From assembly GCA_030295235.1 (NCBI GenBank), contig AP026136.1, forward strand, positions 372,001 to 436,000: a stretch of DNA of 64,000 nucleotides, written 5' to 3'. A model generated the notes under the pieces. It did no database searches. It saw only the letters and a program-made list of their open reading frames with translations, and was not told the origin of the DNA. Positions within the stretch are counted from its first letter, which is position 1. Every line of letters begins with the position of its first letter. Position numbers and translations under genes: made by a program. The stretch is from Fistulifera solaris (taxonomy: Eukaryota). Positions 11,955 through 24,352 of the stretch are shown here, in pieces.

Positions 11955-13187
11955 CTATTTCGTCCTCGGCCGTTTTCTATCCTTTTCGTTTTCTACGCTT
12001 CCTTCGGTATTATTGTCGTCACAGCCACTTGCAGCTCGAAATAACAAAGTGCCTTCTTCTTCATCCGAAAAATCGTCGTCTCCGGCGTCAGCGCCGCCTT
12101 CTAGTTCATTGGAACCCTCGTCATAGTCATCCGAATACTCACCGTACCCGGACTGCTCTGCTTTTAACATTAGTTCCATTATCTCTTCTTCTTCACTTTC
12201 GTCGAGCTCATTCGTTTGGGCATCTTCTTTCATCGCTTCAACAAATTCAAACACCACTTTATGCCAGTACGTCTTTTCCAATTTGTCCTCCATACTTTTA
12301 CAGAACTCGAAACAAGCTTTTAACATGCTTTTACTCAGTTGAAATCGCTGATGGTAAATAATCAACTGCGCACAGACCAGCAAGAGTCGAATCGAGAATG
12401 GTGGCAACTGGTCATCCGTAAAGCATGTCGGGTCAACGTACGGTTTTTCAAACGAAGGATCGCTACAAACGAAAGAAATTGCAGCACGTGGAGTGGCTTC
12501 CGGATCTTTGATCGAGCCCCAATGAATGATGCGATGCGTAAATAGAATCGATTGACCCGAGTCTCTCGGCATGGCCCGAATCCTCTGAAATGCTTCTTTA
12601 TTGGGCAAAGCCAACGATAGCGGGTCCTTTTTGTCTTCATCGCCTTTTGTATAACCCGGATCGTGATCTTTCGGAATCATGTAGAGGCAGCTATTTGACG
12701 TTGTAGCTGGAGTCAGGGCAATCCAATGCGTCGCAAATTTCGCTTCCCCATCAGGATGAAACGATGATGCCACATGTTCCGGTTGTCGATCGCGATGAGG
12801 TGAGAATCCGCCCTTATCAATATACCAAGAGAGTAAGTCATAGTGAAACGGGTTTGACGTAAAATCTTCCAGTAACAGACGCGAATAACGAGCCAATTGC
12901 CATGTTTCATCAAACAGAAATATGAAGGACGCTGGATACGATGCTTCAACCAGCTTCTCGACGCCTTCTCTCAGCGCAACAATCAATTCATTAGGTAGAG
13001 ACTGATCCACTAAAGCATATCCTTTAGACAAGAGATCCAATTTATAATTTTTTGAATGAGACCAGAAGGCATCGTCGGTTTCGTATTTTGCGTCCTGGCT
13101 ATTATCTTTGACGGAAAGGTGCTCACATATCTTAATCCAATACTCAGGCTTGTCCCATTTCTCTCGATTTTCGCTAGTGAATTGCTG
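11955..13187 (-). CDS. Fe(II)/2-oxoglutarate dioxygenase, PhyH (phytanoyl-CoA dioxygenase) family, with acidic tail
   Basis: HxD motif PHRDR, THWIALTPATTSNSCLYMIP, distal His IIHWGS and downstream Arg. The start codon is uncertain; the ORF extends to 13259. Confidence 0.75.
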   Translation of the reverse strand, partial: QQFTSENREKWDKPEYWIKICEHLSVKDNSQDAKYETDDAFWSHSKNYKLDLLSKGYALVDQSLPNELIVALREGVEKLVEASYPASFIFLFDETWQLARYSRLLLEDFTSNPFHYDLLSWYIDKGGFSPHRDRQPEHVASSFHPDGEAKFATHWIALTPATTSNSCLYMIPKDHDPGYTKGDEDKKDPLSLALPNKEAFQRIRAMPRDSGQSILFTHRIIHWGSIKDPEATPRAAISFVCSDPSFEKPYVDPTCFTDDQLPPFSIRLLLVCAQLIIYHQRFQLSKSMLKACFEFCKSMEDKLEKTYWHKVVFEFVEAMKEDAQTNELDESEEEEIMELMLKAEQSGYGEYSDDYDEGSNELEGGADAGDDDFSDEEEGTLLFRAASGCDDNNTEGSVENEKDRKRPRTK

Positions 13188-13556
13188 CATTCTCTTCACT
13201 TCGAGCCTTGGTTTGGATTGTTCTAACTTGTTGGATCGACGATGTCGTGTGCTGCGCACAATACCAGATAATCCGCCGACTTGGGATTTCGAGCAAATCC
13301 GAAAATAAGTTCCCCTTTTTTGTTTTTTTTGGTGGCATTTTACTTTACTGAGAGTAAAACGTTACCAGTATCTCGGTTGAGGTAAACGTCCGAGCGGCAA
13401 TCGCTTGTATAAAAGTGGTTGCGATACAGAGGATTTTTCCGCTTTTTTTTAAACCGAAGATTTTTCGTGAGACTAAGATGACACCATTATTTGGGAACCC
13501 GAAGCAGCAAATTAAATGCGGTGTGTCCGTGTGTGTTCACTTACCATTAACACAGA

Positions 13557-15105
13557 ATGAAGGGCTGGAAAGCAGTTCTAGGATGCTCGTACGAGTCGCT
13601 CGCACTCTTCCGCATTTTGTTAGGCAGTCTTTTGCTCCTCGAACTCGTTTTACGTTACCGTTTTCTTCATCCATTTTATAGTGATGAAGGAACATTACCG
13701 CTCTCCTTACTTTTAGAAAAAGTTGACAGTCTTTACAAAATGGTCTGTATTCACTGTCATTTCGGTAGCTTGTTCGAACAGCAAGTATTGCTATCAGTGC
13801 AAGTCTTGGTCGCATTTCTCTTCACTATCGGATTTCGCACCAAATGGACTTCCTTCATTTCATGGTATCTTTATTTAAGTCTTACACTACGGAACACTTG
13901 GATGAGTTACATTTTGGATCGATATTTCCACTACCTGCTTTTTTCTCTCTATTTTTCTACCCATCGGAGAACGTTGGGGCGTGTCGTCGCAAGGAAAGGC
14001 GCCAGCTCATCATTTTGTCATCTCTCCTGGAACCGTCGCCTTCAAGGCCCTTGTGGTCTGGATCTATGTTGATGCGGGTTATGGAAAGTATTGTGATCCT
14101 TTGGGCGGTTGGTTTTACAACGCCGACCCATTGCCTGCATTGGATACGTACGCGAGGCATACATTGCCAGCGCAATACCTGTATGCGCTCATTGGACCTC
14201 CTGGATTGCGTCTCATGACCCCCATCGTTTTGTACATTGAGATCTTTGCAGCTCCTTTCGCAATATGGGGAAGTTTCTTGGGAAGTAAGCGGATTATCTA
14301 TACATCCATTGCTCTTATTTGTTTACTGCACATCGGTATTGCCATCACTTTACGAAATGCAGCTCTTTTATCGTTTGTCGCTTGTGTGGCGTGGTGCGCA
14401 TTCCTGCCGTTAGGCTGGAATAGAATCGAGTCAGAGGGTCAGTCTCATGACAATCAAGCCCAGAATACAAAACGGAGTTGTATTTCAGGTTCGTCGCTGG
14501 TAGGGCAACTCTTCTCTTTACTGTGTATTTTAACAATGGTATGCGGAAATATTTGGCTAGAAACGATCAGCAGAGCTTGCGATCAGAGCGTCAAACACAT
14601 CTGGAGCACTTTGCTACACAATCGATGGAATGTGTTTGTGGGAGCTGAAGAATACGTTACGTGGGAGATTGCACCGGGTCAATTACGCGATGGATCAATT
14701 GTGGACGTTTGGGGCAAGAAAATGGAGGTCGATTGGCGGTTGCCTGGTTCGGGAGCCCCGTGTACAGCTACAGGACGACCAGGACGATGGCGCTCATTTC
14801 CATATTTAGCTGGGCTGGAAGGGGAAGATGGTGATGCTTTATGGAGATACCTTTGTTTGGAGTGGAATAATCAGCACGTAGTGGATGGTCACCATGAAAA
14901 GGAATTGTTGAGGTATAATTTCTTCATGTTGCAAGCAGATGTGCTGCCGAACATGGGATTCAGCGCCACACGAAAGCGTTTGATCAAATCCTTCGAATGC
15001 CTGCCAAGTAGTAAAGTCGCTGAATCGATTTTACTTACGGACGAGGCGGTTAATCCTGGCGTTACACAAACAAAACAGCCCGATGAATTTCATGAAGAGC
15101 TCTAA
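13557..15105 (+). CDS. HTTM-domain multi-pass membrane protein (vitamin K-dependent carboxylase-like TM domain); frameshift near 13940-13985
   Basis: [41 protein letters not shown] and RWRSFPY, with many hydrophobic segments. Confidence 0.7.
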
Positions 15106-15227
15106 GATGAATATTATATGAACAATTGGGCGTCTGACACATTGAACATGTACATTCTCGTGGCAGACCCGCCTTCTTGATGAATGAAGTCGTGAAATGC
15201 AGACCCTATAGAGTCAGATGACCCCAT

Positions 15228-16299
15228 TTAACTGTATGGATAGAAGCATTGTTGCACATCATCTCTGCAAATCTCGCAAATCTCAGTAGTACCTTCACAG
15301 AGGGGGCATCGACTAAGTTGGTCTGGCCAAAACGGGTTGGGAACTTGAAAGTCATTAATACACAGTCCGCCACCTCGATTGACCACCAAAATCAGTGTTA
15401 ACATGGCGATACCAAGGAGAATGTTGAGATAACAGCCCATTCCAAGATACCATGTGAGAGTACTGTCTGTGAGTTGATCTTGTTTGAGCTGGTAATATTT
15501 TTGACGAGCTTCACTTAGTTCACGCGAGGGAGCATCCGGATCTTCGCCATCTTTAACGCTGCGTCTGATCTGCGTCTTCCTACCCACTTCGACAACTTCC
15601 TTGTCTCTCAAGAAAGCTTGGCGAATTTTGAGCCGGTATAAGACGTACTCGCAGATGACGGCCGCCGACTCGACGATCCACATCGTTAGAGCTTGTCTCA
15701 AAGTATCACTGAAGAACATTGCAAACGTGATGGTAAACCCGATAACTGGGTTGATCACATTGACTGGTAAACCCTTCTGAACCACAGGGTAAACTTCCAT
15801 GAATACCAAACCCAAGTAAACGTAGGTCAAAATGCGAATCATTTCCCTCCAAGGTACTGTGCCGGCAATGTTCAAAATAGGATCGCCACAACAGTACGTG
15901 ACATCGGTGAAGGTCGTAATAGCTACAACAGCAGCAACAAAGTCACAAATCAAGGCCATCCATTGAGCCCAAAGTAGCCAGTTTTTTAGCTTAAAAAGAT
16001 CATCAGGATCTTTCATTTTGTTTCGTTAGTGAAGTACTAACTTTTGAAAAACACGGCAAAACCATCTCTACACAACTCTTACCGGCAGGAATGCATCGTA
16101 GCCACACCAAGCAACCGGTCATACTCTGCAAGCAAGGACTAGAAAAGTGCTTCCTATCTTCCTGCCATTGCATAACATCTTCGCGTAATTCTCCATCTGC
16201 GTCGACGAAATGGGAGCGCTCGACAGCGATCACCCCGTGCTTGATGCCTTTCGCTCTGAGGTTGGAGTTGACAAACTTGACATCCTTTCCAACGCCCAT
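15228..16299 (-). CDS. Hypothetical multi-pass membrane protein with Cys-rich C-terminus; two exons
   Basis: ORFs 16003-16299 and 15228-16016 join in frame (PA/DPDDLFK) across intron 16082-16010 (gtaaga..cactaac..gaaag). About 5 hydrophobic segments. Confidence 0.7.
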
Positions 16300-16730
16300 T
16301 GTCGCGCCTGAGAAGTATACTAAAACAAGGAGCTTCTACCAGAAAGCGAGCCTCAAGTGAATTTTTCTGTTCAAAGTCTGTGATGTTGTTTGTTTTCTTC
16401 AAAAAAATTGGGTGTTTGGTGGAACAGCTCAATGGTCACTAGTAGGCCCAAAGTTTTGCAGCGGCTTATCACCTAAATCAATATTCTGTCAACTTTACAC
16501 TACAAGCGATACAGACATACAGACACTGGTTTGGCATGGTCATTTGGCGTTATGCCTTTATCTAGGAAGTTTGGGACAAAGTTATCCTAAATTGCAACAC
16601 TTTGTATGGATTCTATCATTTACTATGATTCTTTAAGTTCGACTAGTAATGTCAGCTTTTAGCTAAGGAAGCGGGACAGCAACTCTAGTTTAAGGTATAC
16701 TCTGTGCAATAAATATTCGAGACCTACTCG

Positions 16731-17785
16731 TTAATGCGAATTCTTTCTTTTCAACACATAAAGCTTTTCAAACCCTTTCGTCCCGAATATTCGAACAGGA
16801 AGAATATTAGCTAGAATCCAATCCCCATTCTCAAGAAAGTCAAAGAATTTGTCATTTGCATTCGCCCCTCCCCTTCCTTCACCCACGTAAACTAGAGTAT
16901 CGTTCAATGGTGACGCTTTTATATATTCCTCTACGGCATTCATTGCCATATCGGAGTCCGGTGATGGATAAACTAGCAACAGTATTCTTCCTCGACACTG
17001 CCACTGATTCAAAACTTGATGAATGGAGTCACAGGGCTGCACATTATGATAGAAAAAGTCGCGAAATGCCTTTGTTCGAGCATTATAAACTGATGGATTC
17101 AAGGGTAATGCACTCATGTCGTCGAATGCTAGACAATACTCAAACGTTTTTTTCGGTGCTCGTTCCGCGTATTCCGACTCTTGATAGCGATCATTGAGTA
17201 CACGAGCCCACTGACCATTGCCGGCGCCAATTTCAACAAATCCGCGAGAAGCCCCCAACTCAAGAAGCGTTACAATGACTCCCTCTGTCCATCCAGTGCA
17301 ACCGTATTGCTGTAGAAAATTCTGCCGATCTACCGGCATCAAATGGGGCCCGTACAAAATTTCGTAAGACTTTTCGACCAGTGACGTGATTTCCTTCTGA
17401 GGGTTCTTTCCGGGGTTTTGAAGCTTTTGCTGAATTTCGGATTGAATCTGCATCAACTGTTGATCACATCGGCTTCTTTGACGTTTATGACGCGCTGACA
17501 AAGTCAGCGACGGATCATTGGCAAAATAGTTCGTGGAATGGGAAGGGACGCTATCCTCAAGAACGCTAATGTCCGTTGCACGAAAGACGGCCGAAGCTCA
17601 GGTACTTCGGTAGGAGAAGATTGCAGCGATGATTCACATTTGGTTGTCGAGTGTACACACCAAGAAATCGATGTTGATGGGTGGTTGTCTTCCGAAGCAT
17701 TGGCTGATGACCTGTAATAAGCGCCAACGCAACCCGTTGCAGACGCGAGGTGCAGCATCTTGGGATTCAGAAAAGCGCGATTCAT
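16731..17785 (-). CDS. Class I SAM-dependent methyltransferase-like protein; frameshift near 17505
   Basis: VEIGAGNGQW motif I, LLLVYP and LVYVGEGRGGANA. The N-terminal extension resembles a mitochondrial presequence. Confidence 0.7.
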
Positions 17786-18115
17786 TGAATATCAAAGAAG
17801 AATGTTACGATTTCGTGGACACTTGTTGCCACAACAGTGCTAAAATGACGTCTTGCGTGTCATCGAATGATGTTGATGTTTTTTCTTCCTCGTTCGACGA
17901 CACTTGAAAATACGGTGGACTGTGCCCTGCTAAGTACAGCAAACGATGATAATGACAGACGTAGGAGTCCTAACCCTAAGTCATAGTCCTGAATCGAATC
18001 ACGAATTTAATAGTAAAACCCTTTGATGATGATACGGCTATGATCTTTATATTAAAGCGCATAGATAACTAGAAGATAGAAAGCATGACCAGTGTTTTGA
18101 ATCTATGACTTCTAA

Positions 18116-18928
18116 CTAAAAGATTGAGAGAAAAGTTTCCCGAGCTTTCGCAAAGACTCTATCGATCGTTGAGGGAGGACAAGAAATCCATAAGCTGGCT
18201 CTTTTTGGCTTCTTCTTCTTGCCAGCGCGCATAGTCTCCTTCATGTCATTGCCATTATTGTTTGCTTTTCGTTTGGGCAACTTGCCGATAGCGATAAAGT
18301 CATTCTGCTGACTAAAATCTTTCGCATTCTTGTGAGACACGACTCTCCTTTCTGGCACGGAAACTCTTCCTTTTGTTCCTCCCTTCTCGACAGTTTGACC
18401 TTTATATGTACTTTTATTCCGAGGGCAACCGGGTAGTGTCAACTTCCACTGACATTGGCATTTTACTACAGCCAGATTGCGACTGGCTTGCAGTTCATGA
18501 CTAAGAGTATGCCGCATCGATGTTTGCTTTTGAAGATGCGGATATTCAGTAACTATTACCTTGCCGAGTAAAGAAAGTTCGGAACTCTCTTTCTGGATAT
18601 GCTTGGCCTTGGCGCGTTTATGAATCAGGGCTGTCTTGCGCGAGAGTCGACGACGCTGACTTCGTGAAAGAGACTTTTGTCGGAGAAGACGTATGGAAAC
18701 TCCTTCGCAACCGGGTTGAACCGGTCCACCACACCGAGGACAAGTTGGTAAGCAAGTTCCTTCCATTGAAGAAGAGGAGACGCCGTCATCACGTACAGAA
18801 TGTAAGCCATCGTGTTGGCGTAAAAGAGCGTTTGAAACGTACTTGGCGATTTCGGAATCATTTTTCGAAGCAATTGTCAATGCCGCTTGACGATACCGTC
18901 TCGTGGCTTCAGCAATATTGGCGCTCAT
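18116..18928 (-). CDS. Basic Zn-ribbon protein, possibly RNase P/MRP Rpr2/Rpp21-like
   Basis: CPRCGGPVQPG..VSIRL and a distal VVKCQC, with a Lys-rich C-terminus. The 3' end is probably frameshifted. Confidence 0.45.
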   Translation of the reverse strand: MSANIAEATRRYRQAALTIASKNDSEIAKYVSNALLRQHDGLHSVRDDGVSSSSMEGTCLPTCPRCGGPVQPGCEGVSIRLLRQKSLSRSQRRRLSRKTALIHKRAKAKHIQKESSELSLLGKVIVTEYPHLQKQTSMRHTLSHELQASRNLAVVKCQCQWKLTLPGCPRNKSTYKGQTVEKGGTKGRVSVPERRVVSHKNAKDFSQQNDFIAIGKLPKRKANNNGNDMKETMRAGKKKKPKRASLWISCPPSTIDRVFAKARETFLSIF

Positions 18929-19333
18929 GATTTATAGATATTATTTGTCTTAGTATTAGTAGCGCAGCTTTATCAACTTCTTTATTTTCTTAATTGTGTC
19001 TCTAACAACAGCAAGTCCATGTTTTTCTTAATTATTTCTTGTTCGCTTCTCGAAAATTCATTTTCTTGCAGTAAGGTTTATGGCTAACATCATTCGTTTC
19101 GCGGTTGAAATGCGGTTAATTGCTGGTAACTACCTATGGCTACAGTATGGGTACGCAAAGGAGTATGTGTAACATATACTCCTTTGGGTACGTGAGCACT
19201 GATATCACAACAAATAGAGTAAGCTTACTTCTCCATAGCACTTCACCTAGACTACAACGCTCTTTCGATATATTTTACAAGCGCTTCCTCTTTATCTACT
19301 CATTTTAGTAGCTATGAGTTACATGTAGGCGCG

Positions 19334-21328
19334 CTAATGGAGCTGTTTTGCAACTCTCCAGCTGATTGGTTTCTGCAGACGACGAAAGAATTTTCTGTCC
19401 GCTTTTTGCTTGTTCAGATACTTTAACGACAGCCAAAAGTTTGCAAGCTTAGACCGCTTATGTCGAGGAATGGGTTCGCCATATTTAGTATAGCAAATGC
19501 GGCGGTAACTTTGCAAGAGCGGTCTTGCGGAGTCTAGCAAATTGTAGGAAGGGCATACTTGTGAGGCCAAACTTTCGAGACATAGGATATTAATGGTCAG
19601 GGTCGCAAAGTTGGCATCAATTCGGACTTGGTGCTTGCGAATGAGAGTGAGTACACCTCGTAGAACGTGCCCAACGTCTACGTGTGTACCATACCCTCGA
19701 CATCGTTCGTCAAACAACGTCGCCATATCCTTGCAAAACGATTCTTCTTGTTCGGTACTCAAATTATTTTCAAGCGAAAATTGCAAAGCGAATTTGGCTG
19801 CCATTCGACCATCTCCCTCGCCCATACTCGACAAAAGACCAACGAACGTCGAGCTCTCGTCCTCGGTGAGCTGAGCCACCATCCCCGCATCGACCAACGT
19901 CACCTTGCCATCAAACCCCGACTTTTTGGTATGAAAATCAAGAAGAATATTTCCAGCATGAAGATCCGCGTGCAGCAAGTTGTCTAGAAGTAGCATTTTT
20001 AAGTAAAGACCGAGTCCAGTGGTGACGATGAAACTCCTCATCGCAACAGGCATTACATCATGTCCTTCAATGAATCCAGGTGTCCCCGTCTTTTCAGTTT
20101 TCCTCCTTTCGCACACTGTAAATAACCTTGAAAATTCCCGATATTGATGTAGTCGGCTAAATCATTGTACTGGTCAATGATGGAAGTTACGATCGAGCCC
20201 GGCTCGAAAGATTCCATGATACACGCCGCATTTGCATAAAACGGACGAGGAAACTGAACGCGAGGCCAATTGCGAAAATTGTGATTCAGGACTTCCAAAT
20301 GGTGCGCTTCTACATTTAGGTAGGATTGGGCCGACATGGTGTGACTGAACTGCTCCACCGATTCTCGAATATGTAGCCAGGACATGGCGGGGATGTAATC
20401 AAATATTCGAGCAAGACCTGCCATAATTCGGAAGTCCATTTCGATTAATCTGGCTACATTTGGATGTCGGATCTTGACGGCAATTGGCTTGCCCTCCAAT
20501 ACAGCTCTATGAACCTGAGCGATACTCCCAGAAGCAATAGGCTCTTTTTCAAAGTCATCGAAAACGAGTTCCAGCGACCCTTTGCCAAACCCAAACTACT
20601 TTCTAGAATCGTCTCCGAGTGATCCCACGAATGTGCGGGAGCATTAGCATGCAGTATGGATAATTTGTCACAGAGGGCTTCGGGGAACATATCGCTCCGC
20701 GTACTACTCCATTGACCCCACTTGATCCAAGCCGCACCTGAAGATGCGATGCTCGATGTTAGCCAAGAAAACCAGGTATTTTCTCGAAAGGTTGTAGAAA
20801 AGACAGCGAGACCGACTGTCAAATAGCACGGCGCGAACGTAATCGACAATTTCAGTACTCTCATGACAAGCTCCCAATTCTTAATCGCTCGCTTTTCTTC
20901 CGCTTGCGGACTGATTCCCTTCATAACAGCTCGGAGGACTGCTCTCTGTTGAGAAAATATCTAGATTCATGCGATTTGGGGGAAATGGGTCATGGCTTTC
21001 TTCTGCAACTTTCTGAGGAACGAGTGGCTTCTCTTCTAAAATATAATCGGAATCCACTTGCACTCCATGCATCGAGTAAATTTTAATATCCCCTTGTTTG
21101 GCCCACCTAGCAAAGTCGCGCGTACGCTTTTTCGAATGTACATAATCTATTCGACTTTTTTAATACATGTTTGACGTAGTGAGCTCGTTCAGCAGCTGAG
21201 TCTCCCACAGATGGATATGGAATGTTGGGAGAGGCGAGTGAAGGAGGAACGGCAATGCTGGCGGAAGCCGTCCAAAGTTGTAGACTTGCGACGATCGTCA
21301 AGATCGCAAGATAGTTACTTTCATGCAT
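19334..21328 (-). CDS. ABC1/UbiB (ADCK2-like) atypical kinase; several frameshifts
   Basis: GAAWIKWGQWSSTRSDMFP, ASGSIAQVH, AVKIRHP, HADLHAGNI and LVDAGMV across ORFs 20454-20924, 20053-20499 and 19334-20116. The 5' end is approximate. Confidence 0.85.
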
Positions 21329-21632
21329 AACTTCTTTGTTATACCTTTTCCCAAGAGTGCCGAGGATGATGTGCGGCGATCCTCTTTGATGTTGTCGCGA
21401 GGTTACTATTGTGTGTTCGAGATGCTCCTCATCGCGTATGCCGGTACGAACTTTATAGTACACATTGTTTGAGTCCCGTTTTGGGCTCGGGTTGGGTCAC
21501 ATTTTCTGGATCTATGGCTTCGAAAGAAAAAATACCCAGCCACCGTCTTCTAACGAAAACTTACGTACCTTAGAGTCACCCATCAAAGCGATCACCAGAA
21601 TAATCATAAAATTAAAATCACTGACATTTGCG

Positions 21633-22285
21633 ATGAAACTGTTTCTCTCGTTGATTCTTTTTGTCACTTCGGCCACTTCTTCGGAAGCTTTTGGGGTTTC
21701 TTCCTCTCGTCGAGAGCTCTTCCAGCAAACCGCCTTTGGTACTGCAGCTTTCTTTCTCACTCCAGCTGCTCATGCAATTGAAGCCTGTCCGAAAGGAAGC
21801 AAGAATTGCATTGTTACCGTGTGGAGTCCGCCGGAAGGAACAACCAAAAAGAACATGGCCCTTGCCATTCGATCTGCCATTTACGGCTACCCTAAAAACG
21901 GTAAGAAGAGCGGAATGAAAATATTGCAATGAGTAAAGTATCTTTATATTGACCATTCTATTCATTGTGGACTCATACTGTGATCTCAGGACAAGAAAAA
22001 GTCGACGTCGGTGGCTACGAAATTGTGCAAGATGATTTGGAAACACTTGGCACAGCCCGTGTCGAATTCAAATCTGGAGTGGGCAATTTTTCCAAATTCT
22101 TGAACGGAGGAAAGCCGTTTATCGACGATCTAACTTTCGAAATAAACGGAGACCATGTTGAGGTCCGATCTGCTTCTCGTATGGGCGATAACGATTTCGA
22201 TGTGAACCGCAAGCGTCTTGTTTTCTTGGCCAACACACTCCGATCGGCAGGTTGGTCCGTCGAAGAGCCGACCTATTATAAGTAG
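21633..22285 (+). CDS. DUF1499-family thylakoid-lumen protein, copy 1
   Basis: Signal peptide SEAF, twin-Arg SSRRELF and AHA site. CPKGSKNC, FIDDLTF and VRSASRMGDNDFDVNRKRL. Intron 21901-21989. Confidence 0.85.
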
Positions 22286-22419
22286 GAGCGATATCTTTGA
22301 TTGCTCAATCTAAAAATCAATAGATGGGAAAGTTATGATTGAGTCTTTGTTTTTCTATGCACCAAGGACTGAAAATAATCTTAGCTGAATACCGTTACGA
22401 TATTTGGTGTAAATCGGAG

Positions 22420-22444
22420 TGACGTCTGACGTCAGTCATCACGA
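22420..22444. promoter_or_regulatory. Tandem TGACGT / TGACGTCA (CRE/CCRE-like bZIP sites) plus TCACGA, about 110 bp upstream of DUF1499 copy 2
   Basis: Sequence tgacgtc-tgacgtca-gtcatcacga. Function inferred from known diatom CCRE/aureochrome bZIP core motifs. Confidence 0.4.
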
Positions 22445-22543
22445 AGATGCAAGCCGACGCGGAACGAGATCTCTCGTTTTTATTGGTTTCACCTCATCAT
22501 AATCTTCCGTAACGGCTTTCTTTTGCAACCAAATAGCGTTGAC

Positions 22544-23168
22544 ATGAGGGTGACCGCGCCATTCATTCTCTTGGCCGCGTGCTTCGCTTCGGTGAATGCA
22601 TACGGTGTCGGATCCTCGCGCCGAGAGCTCTTGAAACAAGCTTCATTCGGTGTCGCTTCCTTGACTTTCGTGTCCAATGCCAACGCGATCGACGCCTGCC
22701 CGAAAGGAAGCAAGAACTGTATCGTTACTACTTGGAATCCTCCGGCAGGAACTAGTAAAAGGACATGGCTCTGGCAATCAGAGCTGCCATCAATGGTTAT
22801 CCCAAAGAAGGTGAGTGACTTTCGCAATTGCAATCATTCCATTCATGCACGAATTATTAAACCCATTGGCGTTATCAGGACAAGAAAAAGTGGACCTCGG
22901 TGGGTACGAAATTGTTCAGGATGACTTGGACGGATCGGGTAAGGCTAGCGTTGAGTTCAAATCCGGTATTGGTAACTTTGCCAAGTTCTTGAATGGAGGC
23001 AAGCCGTTTGTCGACGATCTCAACGTGGAAATCAATGGAGACCATGTGGACGTCCGATCCGCTTCTCGAGTGGGTGATAGTGACTTTGATGTAAACCGTA
23101 AGCGTCTTGTGTTCTTGGCAAATACACTTCGATCGGCTGGCTGGTCCGTCGCTGATCCTACCTATTAA
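22544..23168 (+). CDS. DUF1499-family thylakoid-lumen protein, copy 2 (tandem paralogue)
   Basis: VNAY signal site, SSRRELL, ANA, CPKGSKNC and VRSASRVGDSDFDVNRKRL. Intron 22811-22878 is at the same position as in copy 1. One A is missing in a run near 22758. Confidence 0.85.
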
Positions 23169-23354
23169 ACAGCAATAAACTGTCGAACCCGGTTCTGTGC
23201 CGTTGAGACGTAAACATCAAGTAACACGAATTGGTACCTATTTTGATTCGATAATCTACAAATATGCAGACTCTCCGATACTGAAATAAATATTGTGCGT
23301 GTCACGGCGAAAGAGTCGTTTGTTTCTGAACGAGCCGCCTTATTTTGATATAAT

Positions 23355-23886
23355 TTAGTTCCACCATCCTTTCTCTTCGGTACAGAAATCAGTCTCGGTC
23401 CAAGGACTGAAAAGTATCTTATCGCTGGCTTCATCCACAACACAATGGGCTAAAGCCAATGGAAGCACCATCGGGAGCTTACTGAGATGCGTGGCAAGGG
23501 CAAATGATTTTGTTGTTGGCAGCTGACCTCGGGACAACGCGTCCCAAGTGAGTGCACACCATGTTCAATCCATAAGTTTCGAGTGTTGTATCGTCCTCAA
23601 CTATCACGCTGATAGCGTCGCCCTTCAAACCCTGAACTAGCGAGCAATCTCCAGCAGGCTTAGTTGCAACGTATTCCGCGAACAGAATGTCTTTGCCCAA
23701 GGCGTCTTTGGCAAGAAGGCAATGCAGGGTACATCGTTAACTTTCTGGCACCAACCATGATCATGTTATTTAAAAAACGACGCTCTTCGTTGATATATTA
23801 CTCCTCGGGGGCGCCCACGGTGATAGAACGAAAGCAGAGGCCAACCTTAGGGTAGCAAGGGCAAGGATATGTGATAAGGTCATCAT
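23355..23886 (-). pseudogene. petC: Degenerate cytochrome b6f Rieske Fe-S subunit gene
   Basis: Recognisable LASAF presequence, AKDALG, QGLKGD, CTHLG, CPCH and [20 protein letters not shown]. Lesions: CTHLGC to CTHLGR, VPW to VPR, CHGSQY to CHASQ-stop, loss of the VVRGPAP segment, an extra stop and a damaged TM region. Confidence 0.85.
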
Positions 23887-24352
23887 GATGGATGTTAGTC
23901 GTAAAAACGTGAAACAGTTGATAAAAATATTGATCTTCCTAGCACGATGGGTAATTTTTCGCTGTACGCGTGCACTTGACGTGACAGGGTGCCATGTGCC
24001 ATCGCCATAAAGTGTTCGCCGAAGAAGCCGCGGGAAAGAGCCTTTTGTTGACGTAACACGAACCACGGGAAAAGGCTCTTATGTTTTCGGTCTTGTGTCT
24101 TATTCGCTCCACATCGAAATCGATAGTAAAATCTGAAGTTGTGTCTTGACACTTTTGTGGCAGTTATAGATTATAGAGTTTTTTGAACCTTATGGGAAAT
24201 CGGGAAGGCTATTTTCTTACTCCGAAACATAATCGGCGGCCCGCCGATGATTTTCGCAACGAGGTGAAACGCCTCTCATAAATTGCCACGAACAACAAAC
24301 GCCGTTAATTCATTCATTATTTTCACAAACCAATTCATTTTCATTTGAAAGA

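Noticed and set aside
17969..17980. Telomere-like CCTAACCCTAA (also TAGGGTTAGG near 41861)
   Set aside because: Fewer than two full units, which is expected by chance.
23479..23481. In-frame stop in petC as possible recoding or readthrough
   Set aside because: It is TAA and is accompanied by deletions and loss of invariant residues, which fits decay.
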